Positions 34,260 through 43,989 of a stretch of DNA of 49,103 bases are shown here, piece by piece. The DNA comes from a virus. Its lineage: Duplodnaviria; Caudoviricetes. The notes under the pieces were generated by a model. It saw only the letters and a program-made list of their open reading frames with translations. It was not told where the DNA came from and did not search any database. The position numbers and the translations under genes were made by a program. Where the stretch lies: positions 1 through 49,103 of IMG/VR virus record IMGVR_UViG_3300033076_000324; one strand, given 5' to 3'. The stretch's first letter is position 1, and each line of letters opens with the position of its first letter.

Positions 34260-35192
34260 TTATGCGTCCTTTTTCTTCAAGGATTTGCCTTTAACCGGAG
34301 GTGGCGCTGTTGCTGCTTCAACTTGTGACGCAACCACTTGCGGTGCTGGTGCTGAATTCACAGGCAGTGTGTATTGTGTAGTAGCTTGCCCTGCTGCATC
34401 AACAGGTGCAACTGGTGCATTGGCCATGGCCATGGCATGTAATTCACGATAGACGTTTTCCTGTGCTTGATAATCAAACACATAAGTGCCAGTGTGACGC
34501 AACAGCACACGTTTGTCTACCCAAACTTTACCACCTAAATCACGCCAGTTTTCGCAGAACATCCAATCTTCGGAATAGTAGCGATTTTCACGCACCCCAG
34601 TGTCAAAGTAGGTTTTCATAAATGGGTCAAGCTCTGTTGACAATCCAATGTCGTTTTTAAACGGTTTTACAGCAGGGTGTGCATTGAGTTTTTCAAATAC
34701 ATGTTTCTTGATCAACAAGAAACCAGTACCAGTTTTGCTTACTTCTTGCAAGCCATCCGGCCCTTCTTCTGCACCGTCGAACCCGTTGACACACCATTTG
34801 ATAGGCAATGACTTCATTGGATACAATCCGCCAATAACATCAACATCACGATTCAATAAAACTAATAGATGCCATGGTTCCCAACCAATGTCGGCATCGA
34901 CAAAGAACAAGTGAGTTGAATCTGGGTTTGTAAGGAACTTGGCTGTGAGTGTGTTGCGAGCACGAGTAATTAAACTCTCATTGGTCATGGTTTCCATGGT
35001 CCATTCAATGCCCAATTGGCGAGCAGTGTTTGACCATTTGATAAAGCTCATGAATGTAGATTCTGTGAGCATGCCGCCGTAGCATGGCATACAAATATGA
35101 ACTCGGGTTGTTCGAAGATAGTCAACGTTGACTTGAATTTGTTGTTGGCCAGGTTGTGTTGGCGCTTGGGTTGTGGGTTGGTTATCAGCCAT
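34260..35192 (-). CDS. GT-A fold glycosyltransferase
   Basis: ICMPCYGG, ESLITRARN, LFFVDADIGW (DxD), GTGFLLI, SEDWMFC, LRHTG, and an Ala/Pro-rich tail. Confidence 0.82.
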   Translation of the reverse strand: MADNQPTTQAPTQPGQQQIQVNVDYLRTTRVHICMPCYGGMLTESTFMSFIKWSNTARQLGIEWTMETMTNESLITRARNTLTAKFLTNPDSTHLFFVDADIGWEPWHLLVLLNRDVDVIGGLYPMKSLPIKWCVNGFDGAEEGPDGLQEVSKTGTGFLLIKKHVFEKLNAHPAVKPFKNDIGLSTELDPFMKTYFDTGVRENRYYSEDWMFCENWRDLGGKVWVDKRVLLRHTGTYVFDYQAQENVYRELHAMAMANAPVAPVDAAGQATTQYTLPVNSAPAPQVVASQVEAATAPPPVKGKSLKKKDA

Positions 35193-35197
35193 TGTTT

Positions 35198-35229
35198 CCT
35201 CTTAAGTATTAAGTGAAATATTTAAGAGG
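35198..35229 (-). promoter_or_regulatory. Hairpin with TAAATA in its 5' arm and the SD in its 3' arm
   Basis: On -: CCTCTTAAATATT-TCACTT-AATACTTAAGAGG (12 of 13 bp), then AAACAATG. Confidence 0.6.
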
Positions 35230-35243
35230 AGTTTGTGGGTGGC

Positions 35244-37559
35244 TTATTTTTTCTCGTCGACGTAGTCTTCCCAGATCTTGCTGGGCTCTTCGTCGTGGCG
35301 TGCAATTTCATTTCCGGCACGTTCATGCTCGTTGTAATCGCTGATTAGATTATCCAATTCGCCGGCTAACTTGTCTGCCATGGCAAGATAGTGTTGCTTC
35401 TTGATATCGTTTTTGGTTGCTTTGGCTCTATCGTGGAAACTTTGTACCATTTGTTGCAATCGATTGATTTTGCGCTCAATGGTGCCTTCTGTTACAGGCT
35501 GTGGCATTTGATATGCACCTTCTGTATTGCCTAAAATGATATTGGCAATCTTGTAGATATTATCAAATGTCAAATCAAAGTGACGCTCAAATGGATGACC
35601 TTTTAATAAATTGAATGTTGTGATAAAATTCTGTTTACCTAACTGTGCTCTATTTGGAACATACTTACCAACCTGAATTGAACCGCGTGTGCTGACTGCA
35701 CCTTTGTTGCGACCTAGTCTTGCTTCGTAGTATGAATAAAGCAATGTAGGACCATATTCCATAGGGTCGTGAGGGATGAATCTGTCTTGGATAGTGCTCT
35801 TGACAACTTTTTCTGTTACAGAGAAGTCTTTGCCAACAATTTGTTTAACTGCTTCAATGAATTCGGGCCACGGAATAAACTTGCGACCGCCGCCGTTGTC
35901 ACTTGGAGCGAATTCAGTCAAGTCTTCATCATCGGGTCCTAGCACAGAACCTTTAGGTCCATAACCACCACGACTACCTTGACTACGCTCTTGCCAAACC
36001 ATAAAACATTTGTCAGGGTGTTTCTTCCACAAGAAGTAAGCAAAGCTATGTGCCTTGCCCATGTCATCAGTTTGCATTAATGGCCCACCGATCCAGTCAA
36101 ACTGGTCTTGTGGGCTACATTGATAAACTTCATACTCTGCCGTAGGTCTATCGTCATCTCCGTTGCCAGGAGCGAATTCGGTTAAATCAGTTTGACCCAT
36201 TTGTGAGTAAGCATAACCAGGATGACGAGGATCGTTGATGCCGATTGAATCATCTTCTGGTTTCTTTCTTCTAGCTATGGCTGCTGCTTTTTCAGCATCT
36301 TGGTCTTTTAAGTCACCTACTAATGCTCTCATTGGATCAGTCTTGCGTAGTTCTTCACGGGCTCTTAGTTTTTCCATGTGACGACTGAACTCGGCAGCAT
36401 CAAACTTACCAAATGGATCGTATGCTTCGTCTACACCTTGCTCCACGTCAGCTGTATTGAAATCCCAACCGTCGGGAACCTTTAATGCTAGTGCAGTTAG
36501 CGCCGAGCTAGCAGCACCTGCACGATCAAAGTATGCTGTTTGAACAATAGGTTTGCCTTGGTATGTAGCAGGAGTCAGTCGTGGATAACGATCGCCATCG
36601 GCAAATTTGATGTAGCTAATAGTGCCATTGTTGTGCATTTTAACATCTACTACTTCTTTGGGAGTAGTAAATCCTGATCCGTAAATTTCTTTCCATGCAA
36701 AATTAATTTCAAATGCCAATACTGAAAAATAGTCTCCTACTTTAATAGTCTTAGGCGAATCCACTGAGTTGATCATTTGAATAAACGGAGCAATTTCGTT
36801 TGCTTCGCTAGACTCAGTTAATTTTTTGCTGCCAAAACGACCAACATTGTTTATAAACTTGCCGTGCGGCAGTTCAATGTTGTAGCACTCAAAGTATTGT
36901 TTTGCATACGCTTTTATTTGCGACTCAGCCAACTCAATAGTATGGAATTTGAGTTCAACACCTTCTGCTAACTCTCCGCCCATTGCTGTATCTAACAGCT
37001 TAACAACTGTAGCAGCAAGTGCAGGGTTAGTTTGTGTCCGAGGATACAAGCTCATTACAAGAGCTGTTTTACGCTTTTCGTTCAGGCGAGGCCAAGCGTT
37101 GCGAATTTCTGTGGCTGATGTCATGCCTGGGCCAAACTCCACAGTGGGCAAGTAAGCCATGTAAGCATGTTGATTCATTGGAGCAAGTTCGCCTTGACCT
37201 TCTAAGGGTTGCAAGTATGCAGGTTGACCGTCTTTTTTAACGCCGCCTGCTTGTGGTGGTTTGTCTGCGTCTTTTTCTGACCGAACAAAAATTAATTGTG
37301 TGTTAGCAGGATCAAGATTGGCAGTAATCTCTCTAGCTTGAAACGGTGACTTAACTTGAACAAAGTGTCCTGGCTTTACCCCTGCTAACTTAGCAAGTTT
37401 TTCTTTTACTGCAAACGGAAATGGTCTAGCTGATGTGTCGTTGGTAGCTGCAACGTAGACATCAGCGCCGGGAAAAGCATCTTGTGCTTGTTTGTATAGT
37501 GCGTAATGGCCAGCATGAAACGGATGAAAACCGCCTGGCATAATGATAACTTGCTTCAT
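35244..37559 (-). CDS. HxGH nucleotidyltransferase (cytidylyltransferase-like) domain fused to several unknown modules
   Basis: IIMPGGFHPFHAGH, RPFPF, SATEIR. The modules are separated by LAE/LTE/VDE linkers, and DLTEFAP occurs twice. Confidence 0.75.
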   Translation of the reverse strand: MKQVIIMPGGFHPFHAGHYALYKQAQDAFPGADVYVAATNDTSARPFPFAVKEKLAKLAGVKPGHFVQVKSPFQAREITANLDPANTQLIFVRSEKDADKPPQAGGVKKDGQPAYLQPLEGQGELAPMNQHAYMAYLPTVEFGPGMTSATEIRNAWPRLNEKRKTALVMSLYPRTQTNPALAATVVKLLDTAMGGELAEGVELKFHTIELAESQIKAYAKQYFECYNIELPHGKFINNVGRFGSKKLTESSEANEIAPFIQMINSVDSPKTIKVGDYFSVLAFEINFAWKEIYGSGFTTPKEVVDVKMHNNGTISYIKFADGDRYPRLTPATYQGKPIVQTAYFDRAGAASSALTALALKVPDGWDFNTADVEQGVDEAYDPFGKFDAAEFSRHMEKLRAREELRKTDPMRALVGDLKDQDAEKAAAIARRKKPEDDSIGINDPRHPGYAYSQMGQTDLTEFAPGNGDDDRPTAEYEVYQCSPQDQFDWIGGPLMQTDDMGKAHSFAYFLWKKHPDKCFMVWQERSQGSRGGYGPKGSVLGPDDEDLTEFAPSDNGGGRKFIPWPEFIEAVKQIVGKDFSVTEKVVKSTIQDRFIPHDPMEYGPTLLYSYYEARLGRNKGAVSTRGSIQVGKYVPNRAQLGKQNFITTFNLLKGHPFERHFDLTFDNIYKIANIILGNTEGAYQMPQPVTEGTIERKINRLQQMVQSFHDRAKATKNDIKKQHYLAMADKLAGELDNLISDYNEHERAGNEIARHDEEPSKIWEDYVDEKK

Positions 37560-37574
37560 AGCAAGTATTTAGCT

Positions 37575-38015
37575 TTACATATTTTCTAACAGCCAAAGAT
37601 ACATGGGTGTAGTAAACTTCAACACCACTGAGCCATTGCAGCCCATAGTCCCGTAGAATTTTTCTTCAGTATCCACACCATTACCATTGAAGTTGTGACG
37701 GTAAACTGCTTGCTCGTAAAACATATGACCTAGTTCAATTTCGTCAAACTTTATGTTTTTGATTTCTACCACAGAATCTTTGGCAATATTACCCAGCTCG
37801 TCTATGACAGTGTGAGCCTGTGTTTTATTCTTTAGTACAAACATTAGTTCATGATCTGCACCATCTGCGTCTTCGACATCCACAGATATAGATGTGGGTC
37901 CAACAATACAGTCAATGTTTTGCTGTAAAACACCGTCGACCCAAACCTCAAACCCCAATGGCGCATCTGCTGAGTTTGTAATTACATCAGCAGAGATAGT
38001 GAATTTGTTTTCCAT
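37575..38015 (-). CDS. Hypothetical protein
   Basis: 146 aa, beta-rich, ending PMYLWLLENM. Confidence 0.75.
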   Translation of the reverse strand: MENKFTISADVITNSADAPLGFEVWVDGVLQQNIDCIVGPTSISVDVEDADGADHELMFVLKNKTQAHTVIDELGNIAKDSVVEIKNIKFDEIELGHMFYEQAVYRHNFNGNGVDTEEKFYGTMGCNGSVVLKFTTPMYLWLLENM

Positions 38016-38380
38016 TAGTAAACGACTGTGATTGAATCAATTTGTCCAGCACTGAAGCCGGTGACGCGGACACGTAACCATGTGTAATTACCAGTTAGGC
38101 TCACAGGGTAAACACCTGATACAACACTGGATGCATCGCCAAAAGTGTTTACATCTACCCAGTTGGCTGCTTCCCAGTTTTGGTCCAGTGTGGCTTGAAC
38201 AGTAATCACGCCCTGAAACCCAGTGATTCGTTGATACACTGTTTGAATTGATCCTTGCCCACGATAGTAACCCACTCCTTTGGTACCATCTGAATCAAAG
38301 TCCTGGCTGGAACCATCGTAGTTGCCCGAAGGAACTCCGTGTTGAGTTAGTCCTAGAATGGTCAAAGTGTTAGCTGACAT
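38015..38380 (-). CDS. Hypothetical beta-sandwich protein (possible virion structural protein)
   Basis: Start reassigned to MSANTL at 38380 (TAATG overlap); contains GYY, FQGVITVQATL and GNYTWLRVRV. Confidence 0.7.
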   Translation of the reverse strand: MSANTLTILGLTQHGVPSGNYDGSSQDFDSDGTKGVGYYRGQGSIQTVYQRITGFQGVITVQATLDQNWEAANWVDVNTFGDASSVVSGVYPVSLTGNYTWLRVRVTGFSAGQIDSITVVY

Positions 38381-38547
38381 TATGCTCTTACAACTTCCAC
38401 AACAACGCCAGAACCCAGGAGTTCTTCGGCCACTGATTGCAACGCATCGCAAATGTCGTTGGTAGCAACAAGCTCAGCATTTTCGTCTTTGTCCTTGATC
38501 AATTTTGAGAGTTTGATCACAACTACTTCTTCATAAATTTTTGCCAT
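38380..38547 (-). CDS. Small hypothetical protein (55 aa)
   Basis: MAKIYEEVVVIKLSKLIKD...LQSVAEELLGSGVVVEVVRA*. Below the ORF-track cutoff; fills the gap exactly; TAAATA lies 7 nt upstream. Confidence 0.75.
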   Translation of the reverse strand: MAKIYEEVVVIKLSKLIKDKDENAELVATNDICDALQSVAEELLGSGVVVEVVRA

Positions 38548-38553
38548 AGTCAA

Positions 38554-39237
38554 CTATTTAGCTACAATCTGCAGGGTGCGACCAGTAATGTTAGGTGCAA
38601 CCATGTTCAAAAACAGCACTTCCCCATCGTTGTTGTGATCAATAAAGAAGTGGGCATGTGTCCAGTTTATCCACCAGTTGTTGGCTTTGTCCTTTACCCA
38701 GGCACTCAAGCCCGGACTGAGCCTAACATTTTCTCGACTTTTCAAGTATTCAGTTAACGCATTACGCTGTTCCACTGACACAGATCGAGACTTAAAGTAA
38801 GTTCTGTGTGACCATTTTGGATCAATACGGGCCAAAGACCCCGGGGCACAAACAGGCTTGGCTTGCTGCACTTGCACTCGGGTAACTGATTGTTTTCCAG
38901 CAATGCGCCTAATCAGATCAAAATCATTGGTGTAAACATAGCCACGATCAAAAGAAATCACAAACTTGATATGATCTCTGTGTTGTGACAGCAACTCGCA
39001 CATGTCTCGAAGATTTTCTTTTGTTGCATCGGTAATTTCATGCATCGATGCAACATGCCCGTAAAAGCGTTTGTTTTGCCGGCGCCACTCGTTGCGTTCT
39101 TTTACCAGTTGATCGATTTTATCTAGATACAAGCCTCTGATGATACCCAGCTCAAGCAAATCAAACCTAACACTGTATTGATACTGGTTAAAGAATAACT
39201 GGTTGGTTTCGACAGTTTTTACTTTAAGGCTGGACAA
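38554..39237 (-). CDS. Hypothetical protein
   Basis: 227 aa ORF overlapping the end of clpA. Confidence 0.75.
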   Translation of the reverse strand: MSSLKVKTVETNQLFFNQYQYSVRFDLLELGIIRGLYLDKIDQLVKERNEWRRQNKRFYGHVASMHEITDATKENLRDMCELLSQHRDHIKFVISFDRGYVYTNDFDLIRRIAGKQSVTRVQVQQAKPVCAPGSLARIDPKWSHRTYFKSRSVSVEQRNALTEYLKSRENVRLSPGLSAWVKDKANNWWINWTHAHFFIDHNNDGEVLFLNMVAPNITGRTLQIVAK

Positions 39238-41467
39238 TTGTCAAACCCTCGACAGCAGTATCAACAGTTTCAAACGAGATAGTATCCCCAACCAAGTTAG
39301 CAACCACACTGCAATCACGCAGGTTGTTGAACAAGATTTTCTTACTCAACGGCACACGGATCAACTCGTCAATCTTGCGGCTCAGTGGTCTAGCACCCAT
39401 GAGTGGATCGTAGCCCTTGTCTGCAAGATAATCAACCACTGGCTCACTCAATGTAAGTTTGATGTTCTTGTTGTTCAAGCTGGTTTGCAATTCATCCACA
39501 AACTTAACTACAATCTTCTTGATAGCCAGTTTATCCAACTTACCAAACTTACAGATCTTGTCAATACGGTTACGCAGTTCCGGGCGGAAGAACTCTTTGA
39601 GAGCTTTGTCATCTTCCCCGGCTTTTTCCTGGCTACCAAAACCGATATTGTTGCGCTCACTGTCTCGAGCGCCCAAGTTACTTGTCATGATAATGATTGT
39701 GTTCTTGCAACTCACAGTCTTGCCATTTGAACTAGTAATACGACCTTCATCTAGCATTTGCAAGAAGATGTTGATCACATCAGGGTGAGCTTTTTCAACT
39801 TCGTCAAACAGCATCACAGCATAAGGGTTCTTGGTCAAGTCGCTAACTAACTTGCCGCCGCCCACATTGCCATCTTCGAATCCCACGTACCCCGGAGGAG
39901 CACCGATTAAACTTGATACAGTGTGACGCTCTTGATATTCACTCATGTCATAGCGCAACAGTGTCATGTCAAGATTCTCTGACAGCAACTTAGCAAGTTC
40001 AGTTTTACCTGTACCAGTCGGGCCCAGGAACAGGAAACTGGCCATGGGCTTTTTGTCATTGCCAATACCTGAGTAGTTGATGTACACACGCTCTAGTACA
40101 GTATCCACAGCTGAATCTTGACCATAGAGCTTTTGCTTGATGTTGCTTTCGAGATCCACAATGTTAGCACTGCGTTCGTTTTGCAACTTGTCCAAAGGAA
40201 TGCCTAGGATCTTGCTGACTTGTTCTTCGATCATAGACTTGGTAATTGTAACGTTGCCTTGGTCTTTAACACGTTGGCGAGCACACGCACCGTCAATGAG
40301 ATCAATTGACTTATCGGGATTCTTTCGATCATGAATATATCGGCCCGATAGTTCCACTGCTGCATTGATAGCGTCAGTTTCAATGAGCACGTTATGAAAG
40401 GCTTCGAGTCGGGGCGAGAGACCAATAAGAATTTGTTCTGTGGTTGAATTATTTGGTTCATCAATGGCCACGCGATGGAATCGACGCATAAGGGCACGAT
40501 CCTTCTCAAAACTCTCATAGTACTCTTCCCAAGTAGTGCTTGCTACAACTTTCAAGTTGCCTTTAGTGATAGCGGGTTTCAGCATGTTAGCAAAGTCCAA
40601 GCTGGAATTGTTGCCTGCACCTGCGCCTTGCATGGTATGAGCCTCGTCAATAAACAAGATACAGTTCTTCTTGCTTTCCAATGCGCCGATAACAGCACGG
40701 AACTTTTCTTCAAACTCGCCACGATACTTGCTGCCTGCTAGCAAGGAACCAATTTCCAAGCTCCATACTTCGTGATTCTTCAAGAACTCAGGTACATTGT
40801 TCTTGGCAACTTCTTGTGCCAAGCCTTCAATGATAGCAGTTTTACCCACGCCCGGATCTCCGACCATCAACACGTTTGCTTTGAATCGGCGTGCTAGCAC
40901 AGTAATCATTTCATCCAATTCCTTGGAGCGCCCGATCATGGGCTCTAAACGATTTTCCACAGCGTGTCTAGTTAAGTTGATGCAGTATTCGTCTAGAATT
41001 TCTGTAGCCTGGTCGGATGACATTTGTTGTGCTGCAACATGGTCATAGTTCTTTTGCCAAAAGTCAGCAAATTCCAATTTCTTAATGCCGTATTTCAGCA
41101 AGAAGTAATGTGCATGACTATTGAATTCGCTCATCATTGCCAGATACAAATCCATAGTGGTCATTACCTTACGACCGGTAAATGTTACTTGCACGTTGGC
41201 TCGATTAAAAATTCGAACTACTGCTTCTGTTTTCTTTGGCACCTCGATGTTGGGTTTTACCAAATTGACCATACTGTCTAGGTATGCATCTAGTTCGGTA
41301 TCAAATTTTTCAACGTCTGCACCAAACTTAATTAGACATTTTCTAAAAGGTGGATGGCGTAACATTCCCATTAGTAAATGTTCCGTTAGCATGTATTCAT
41401 GATTTCGACTCTGTGCAGAACGAATTGCTAGGTCAATGATTTGTTCGATTTCGGGATTAGTTTGCAT
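39224..41467 (-). CDS. clpA: ATP-dependent Clp protease ATP-binding subunit ClpA
   Basis: Clp N-domain (HEYMLTEHLL); AAA1 GDPGVGKT/FIDEAH; AAA2 GPTGTGKT/FDEVEKAH; IGF ClpP-docking loop; GARPL; no long M-domain. Confidence 0.92.
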   Translation of the reverse strand: MQTNPEIEQIIDLAIRSAQSRNHEYMLTEHLLMGMLRHPPFRKCLIKFGADVEKFDTELDAYLDSMVNLVKPNIEVPKKTEAVVRIFNRANVQVTFTGRKVMTTMDLYLAMMSEFNSHAHYFLLKYGIKKLEFADFWQKNYDHVAAQQMSSDQATEILDEYCINLTRHAVENRLEPMIGRSKELDEMITVLARRFKANVLMVGDPGVGKTAIIEGLAQEVAKNNVPEFLKNHEVWSLEIGSLLAGSKYRGEFEEKFRAVIGALESKKNCILFIDEAHTMQGAGAGNNSSLDFANMLKPAITKGNLKVVASTTWEEYYESFEKDRALMRRFHRVAIDEPNNSTTEQILIGLSPRLEAFHNVLIETDAINAAVELSGRYIHDRKNPDKSIDLIDGACARQRVKDQGNVTITKSMIEEQVSKILGIPLDKLQNERSANIVDLESNIKQKLYGQDSAVDTVLERVYINYSGIGNDKKPMASFLFLGPTGTGKTELAKLLSENLDMTLLRYDMSEYQERHTVSSLIGAPPGYVGFEDGNVGGGKLVSDLTKNPYAVMLFDEVEKAHPDVINIFLQMLDEGRITSSNGKTVSCKNTIIIMTSNLGARDSERNNIGFGSQEKAGEDDKALKEFFRPELRNRIDKICKFGKLDKLAIKKIVVKFVDELQTSLNNKNIKLTLSEPVVDYLADKGYDPLMGARPLSRKIDELIRVPLSKKILFNNLRDCSVVANLVGDTISFETVDTAVEGLTIVQP

Positions 41468-41516
41468 GTTAATGTCAAAGTGGTTGATGTTGCTATTATA
41501 GCGGATTGCAAAATAT

Positions 41517-42305
41517 TTAGCGACCAGTTTCTTGCCGAATTCTGGTCATTAAATCTTCGGGAATGTTTCGTGGAATTTCGGCTTGTAATCGGATCATCAT
41601 ATCTCCAGGATTGTTAGCACGATCTTGCAGCCCGCGACCTCTGCATCGCAGCGTTTGGCCGGGCTGTGTCATTGGAGGCACAGTTACAGTAAGCTCTCGA
41701 TTTAGTATATCTCTTACGGTGATTTCTCCACCGGTTATCATGTCCCAAATGGAAACTCGATGTTCGGTATACAAATTAAACCCATCGCGTTGCCACTTGG
41801 GATTGGGATGGATTCGGAATGTAACAGCGAGATCAACACCACCGGGCGCCAATCCTGGATACATCACTGACGCACCATCTTCTACCCCGGCAGGAATGTC
41901 AATTTCCACAATTTGGCTACCCGAATGACTGCCCACACTCACAGTTTTCTTCCCGCCCTGTGCCACATCACTTAGCTGAATCCACAAACTCATTCTGGCC
42001 TGAGCACGTTGACGGGGCTGATGTTGATTGAATTGTGCGCCAAACATATTGAATATGTTGTCGAAATCAAATGGTTGCCCGCCTTGTTGACGGAAATTGA
42101 ATCCGCCAAAGTTGGGTTGTGGATTGTCGTATTGCTGGCGCTGTGTGGGATCGCTTAATATACGGTAGGCTTCTTCGATTTGCTGAAACTTGGCCGTGTC
42201 ACCGCCCTTGTCAGGATGATGCTGACTTGCTAGTCGCCGATATGCTTTTTTAATTTCTTCTGGTGTTGCAGTTCTAGCCACACCCAATGTATCATAGTGA
42301 CTCAT
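41517..42305 (-). CDS. dnaJ: DnaJ-class co-chaperone without zinc finger (CbpA-like)
   Basis: J-domain with HHPDKGG, a G/F-rich linker and a DnaJ C-terminal domain. Start reassigned to MSHYDTLG at 42305 (ATGA overlap). Confidence 0.88.
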   Translation of the reverse strand: MSHYDTLGVARTATPEEIKKAYRRLASQHHPDKGGDTAKFQQIEEAYRILSDPTQRQQYDNPQPNFGGFNFRQQGGQPFDFDNIFNMFGAQFNQHQPRQRAQARMSLWIQLSDVAQGGKKTVSVGSHSGSQIVEIDIPAGVEDGASVMYPGLAPGGVDLAVTFRIHPNPKWQRDGFNLYTEHRVSIWDMITGGEITVRDILNRELTVTVPPMTQPGQTLRCRGRGLQDRANNPGDMMIRLQAEIPRNIPEDLMTRIRQETGR

Positions 42306-42544
42306 GCAGATCCAAATTTTAACGCAAACATTATAGCAGGTTCTTCCCACTCAAATTGAAATGTAGCATAAGGAGTGTCCCATTTGCCTTTATCACGCCA
42401 ATCAACATAGTAACGCTGAAAGTGGCCCGACCCTGTTACAGGATAGGCATCACACCATTCCAGCATGCCGTCTTGCCGTTTAACACGCACCTTGTGCGGA
42501 AAGTCTGGGTTTGAGCGGCCACCACCGCCATAAAATAATTCCAT
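42302..42544 (-). CDS. Hypothetical protein
   Basis: 80 aa ending AIMFALKFG; coupled to dnaJ. Confidence 0.7.
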   Translation of the reverse strand: MELFYGGGGRSNPDFPHKVRVKRQDGMLEWCDAYPVTGSGHFQRYYVDWRDKGKWDTPYATFQFEWEEPAIMFALKFGSA

Positions 42545-42551
42545 CTAGTAA

Positions 42552-42887
42552 TTATACTAGATTGCTGTGGGTTTCTGCAAATTTTTTGAGTGCCCGAGTT
42601 CTGGCAATGAGCAAACGCAACTGAACATAGTCCGACAACTCGTCCGATTCTGCAGGCTCTAGTTTAAAACGATAACGCCGTTGTGGCATGATGTCTTCGT
42701 CGTCTACTGCATCCCAGGGATCAACACCGGCAAAGTTTATAGCAGTGTATCTGTGCGGGTTGCTACGAAGCAGTTTGGGCTTTTTGATTGTGGCTGTGTG
42801 TTTGGCTTCGCTCATAGTTGCTGCTTTGGGCGCGGCCCAGGCAGAGAAACTCAAAGCAACAAAAAGGATACCAATAATTATTCGCAT
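42552..42887 (-). CDS. Hypothetical exported protein
   Basis: Signal peptide MRIIIGILFVALSFSAWA. Confidence 0.65.
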   Translation of the reverse strand: MRIIIGILFVALSFSAWAAPKAATMSEAKHTATIKKPKLLRSNPHRYTAINFAGVDPWDAVDDEDIMPQRRYRFKLEPAESDELSDYVQLRLLIARTRALKKFAETHSNLV

Positions 42888-42922
42888 AGTAATACAACGC
42901 CTTAGCCCGGTGTTACGCTGAC

Positions 42923-42947
42923 AAAAAAAGGCTCCGAGGAGCCTTTT
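42923..42947 (-). terminator. Rho-independent terminator (possibly bidirectional)
   Basis: AAAAGGCTC-CGAG-GAGCCTTTT with T tracts on both strands. Confidence 0.8.
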
Positions 42948-42965
42948 GTTTTACCAAACAAATAT

Positions 42966-43202
42966 TTATTTCTTTGGAGGAATCTCGGTTCCTTCGTGCT
43001 TCTTGTGAACCTTGATTGTTTTGCACATTTGTTTTGTTGAACCGTCTTTGTTTTTCACAGGCTTGTTATCCTTGCCCATTACGTCTTTACAGACTTGCTT
43101 GGTCTTGGCTGCATCGGCCTTGGCAACGTCTGCGGCGTGACTGTCTACGGCACTTGCTGTAGTAGCAAACGCTACCATTAATACTGCTAATAATTGTTTC
43201 AT
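42966..43202 (-). CDS. Small exported basic protein with two Cys
   Basis: Start MKQLLAVLMVAFATTASA (signal peptide) behind SD AAAGGA; KQVC...KQMC. Confidence 0.7.
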   Translation of the reverse strand: MKQLLAVLMVAFATTASAVDSHAADVAKADAAKTKQVCKDVMGKDNKPVKNKDGSTKQMCKTIKVHKKHEGTEIPPKK

Positions 43203-43212
43203 GTTGTTTCCT

Positions 43213-43800
43213 TTAAATTTCTGGGTGATCAGGTTGTGCTGGACCTGGTTTGCCTGATGCACTTGTAGTTACCGCTGCGAACGCTGGCGCTGCAGGTGCG
43301 CTTCCAAAGCTGCTTGCAGCAGGGCTGCTTGTTGCACTTGGGGCTGATCCAAATCCTGGCGCACCAAACGCTGGACTTGGGCTGCTATTACTGGTGTTTC
43401 CCACTGGCGCAGATACGCTAGGTGTTGGTTGTTGCGGTATTGGTGTGGCATTTGTTGCTCCTAAATCTGTGCTAGGCAAGCCCTGAGCTTGTCCTGCTAG
43501 TTTTTCTTGTGTGCGACCATAAGCTGAAACACCCAACACAGCACACATAGATACGTGGAATAAACCGCCGCCTTGCAGTGTGATAGGTACCCATTGACGG
43601 AACGCATCGTTGCTTGCTTGTTCTTCCCAGAACTGCACTACTGTGAACATTATAGGGAATACTGCAAAGTCACACAAACAGCAAATCATATACATGAATG
43701 CTGCGCATGGACGCCAGTATTTTTGCATCCATTCGCCCCGACTCAATTCGGGCTCTAGCTTTACTGTGGGCAGTAGAGATTCTTTTTTATTTTTAAACAC
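43213..43800 (-). CDS. Holin-like membrane protein (GTA 3TM-holin-like) with a Pro/Ser/Ala tail
   Basis: WMQKYWRP followed by hydrophobic segments and VLGVSAYGRTQEK; SD AAAGGAG before a GTG start. Confidence 0.6.
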   Translation of the reverse strand: MFKNKKESLLPTVKLEPELSRGEWMQKYWRPCAAFMYMICCLCDFAVFPIMFTVVQFWEEQASNDAFRQWVPITLQGGGLFHVSMCAVLGVSAYGRTQEKLAGQAQGLPSTDLGATNATPIPQQPTPSVSAPVGNTSNSSPSPAFGAPGFGSAPSATSSPAASSFGSAPAAPAFAAVTTSASGKPGPAQPDHPEI

Positions 43801-43845
43801 AGGTGCTCCTTTATTGTTATTATTGTTGTTGGGTATTTATTGTTT

Positions 43846-43989
43846 TTACAGTTTTAAATTGATCCACTTGGTTACGATCGCAACGATCAACACCGTCAGC
43901 ACTGTGACTGTAGCTGACATTATATTCAGCATCACTGCTGCAAACCATACTCCATTAGCCAACATGGCATTTAAAAATTTTCTCATCAT
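43846..43989 (-). CDS. Small membrane protein (47 aa)
   Basis: MMRKFLNAMLANGVWFAAVMLNIMSATVTVLTVLIVAIVTKWINLKL*; TAATG overlap with the upstream gene. Confidence 0.5.
   Translation of the reverse strand: MMRKFLNAMLANGVWFAAVMLNIMSATVTVLTVLIVAIVTKWINLKL

Noticed and set aside
38380-38452. ORF-track N-terminal extensions (also 14198-14219, 42305-42350, 43202-43262, 48284-48341)
   Set aside because: Each overlaps a better-supported upstream gene. The downstream ATGs have stop/start overlaps, abut the upstream stop, or have an SD.
43811-43830. AAT/AAC-rich microrepeat, with a similar one at 44772-44791
   Set aside because: These are short A-rich unstructured leaders before start codons, likely translational enhancers. 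They are too short and low in complexity to call a repeat element.
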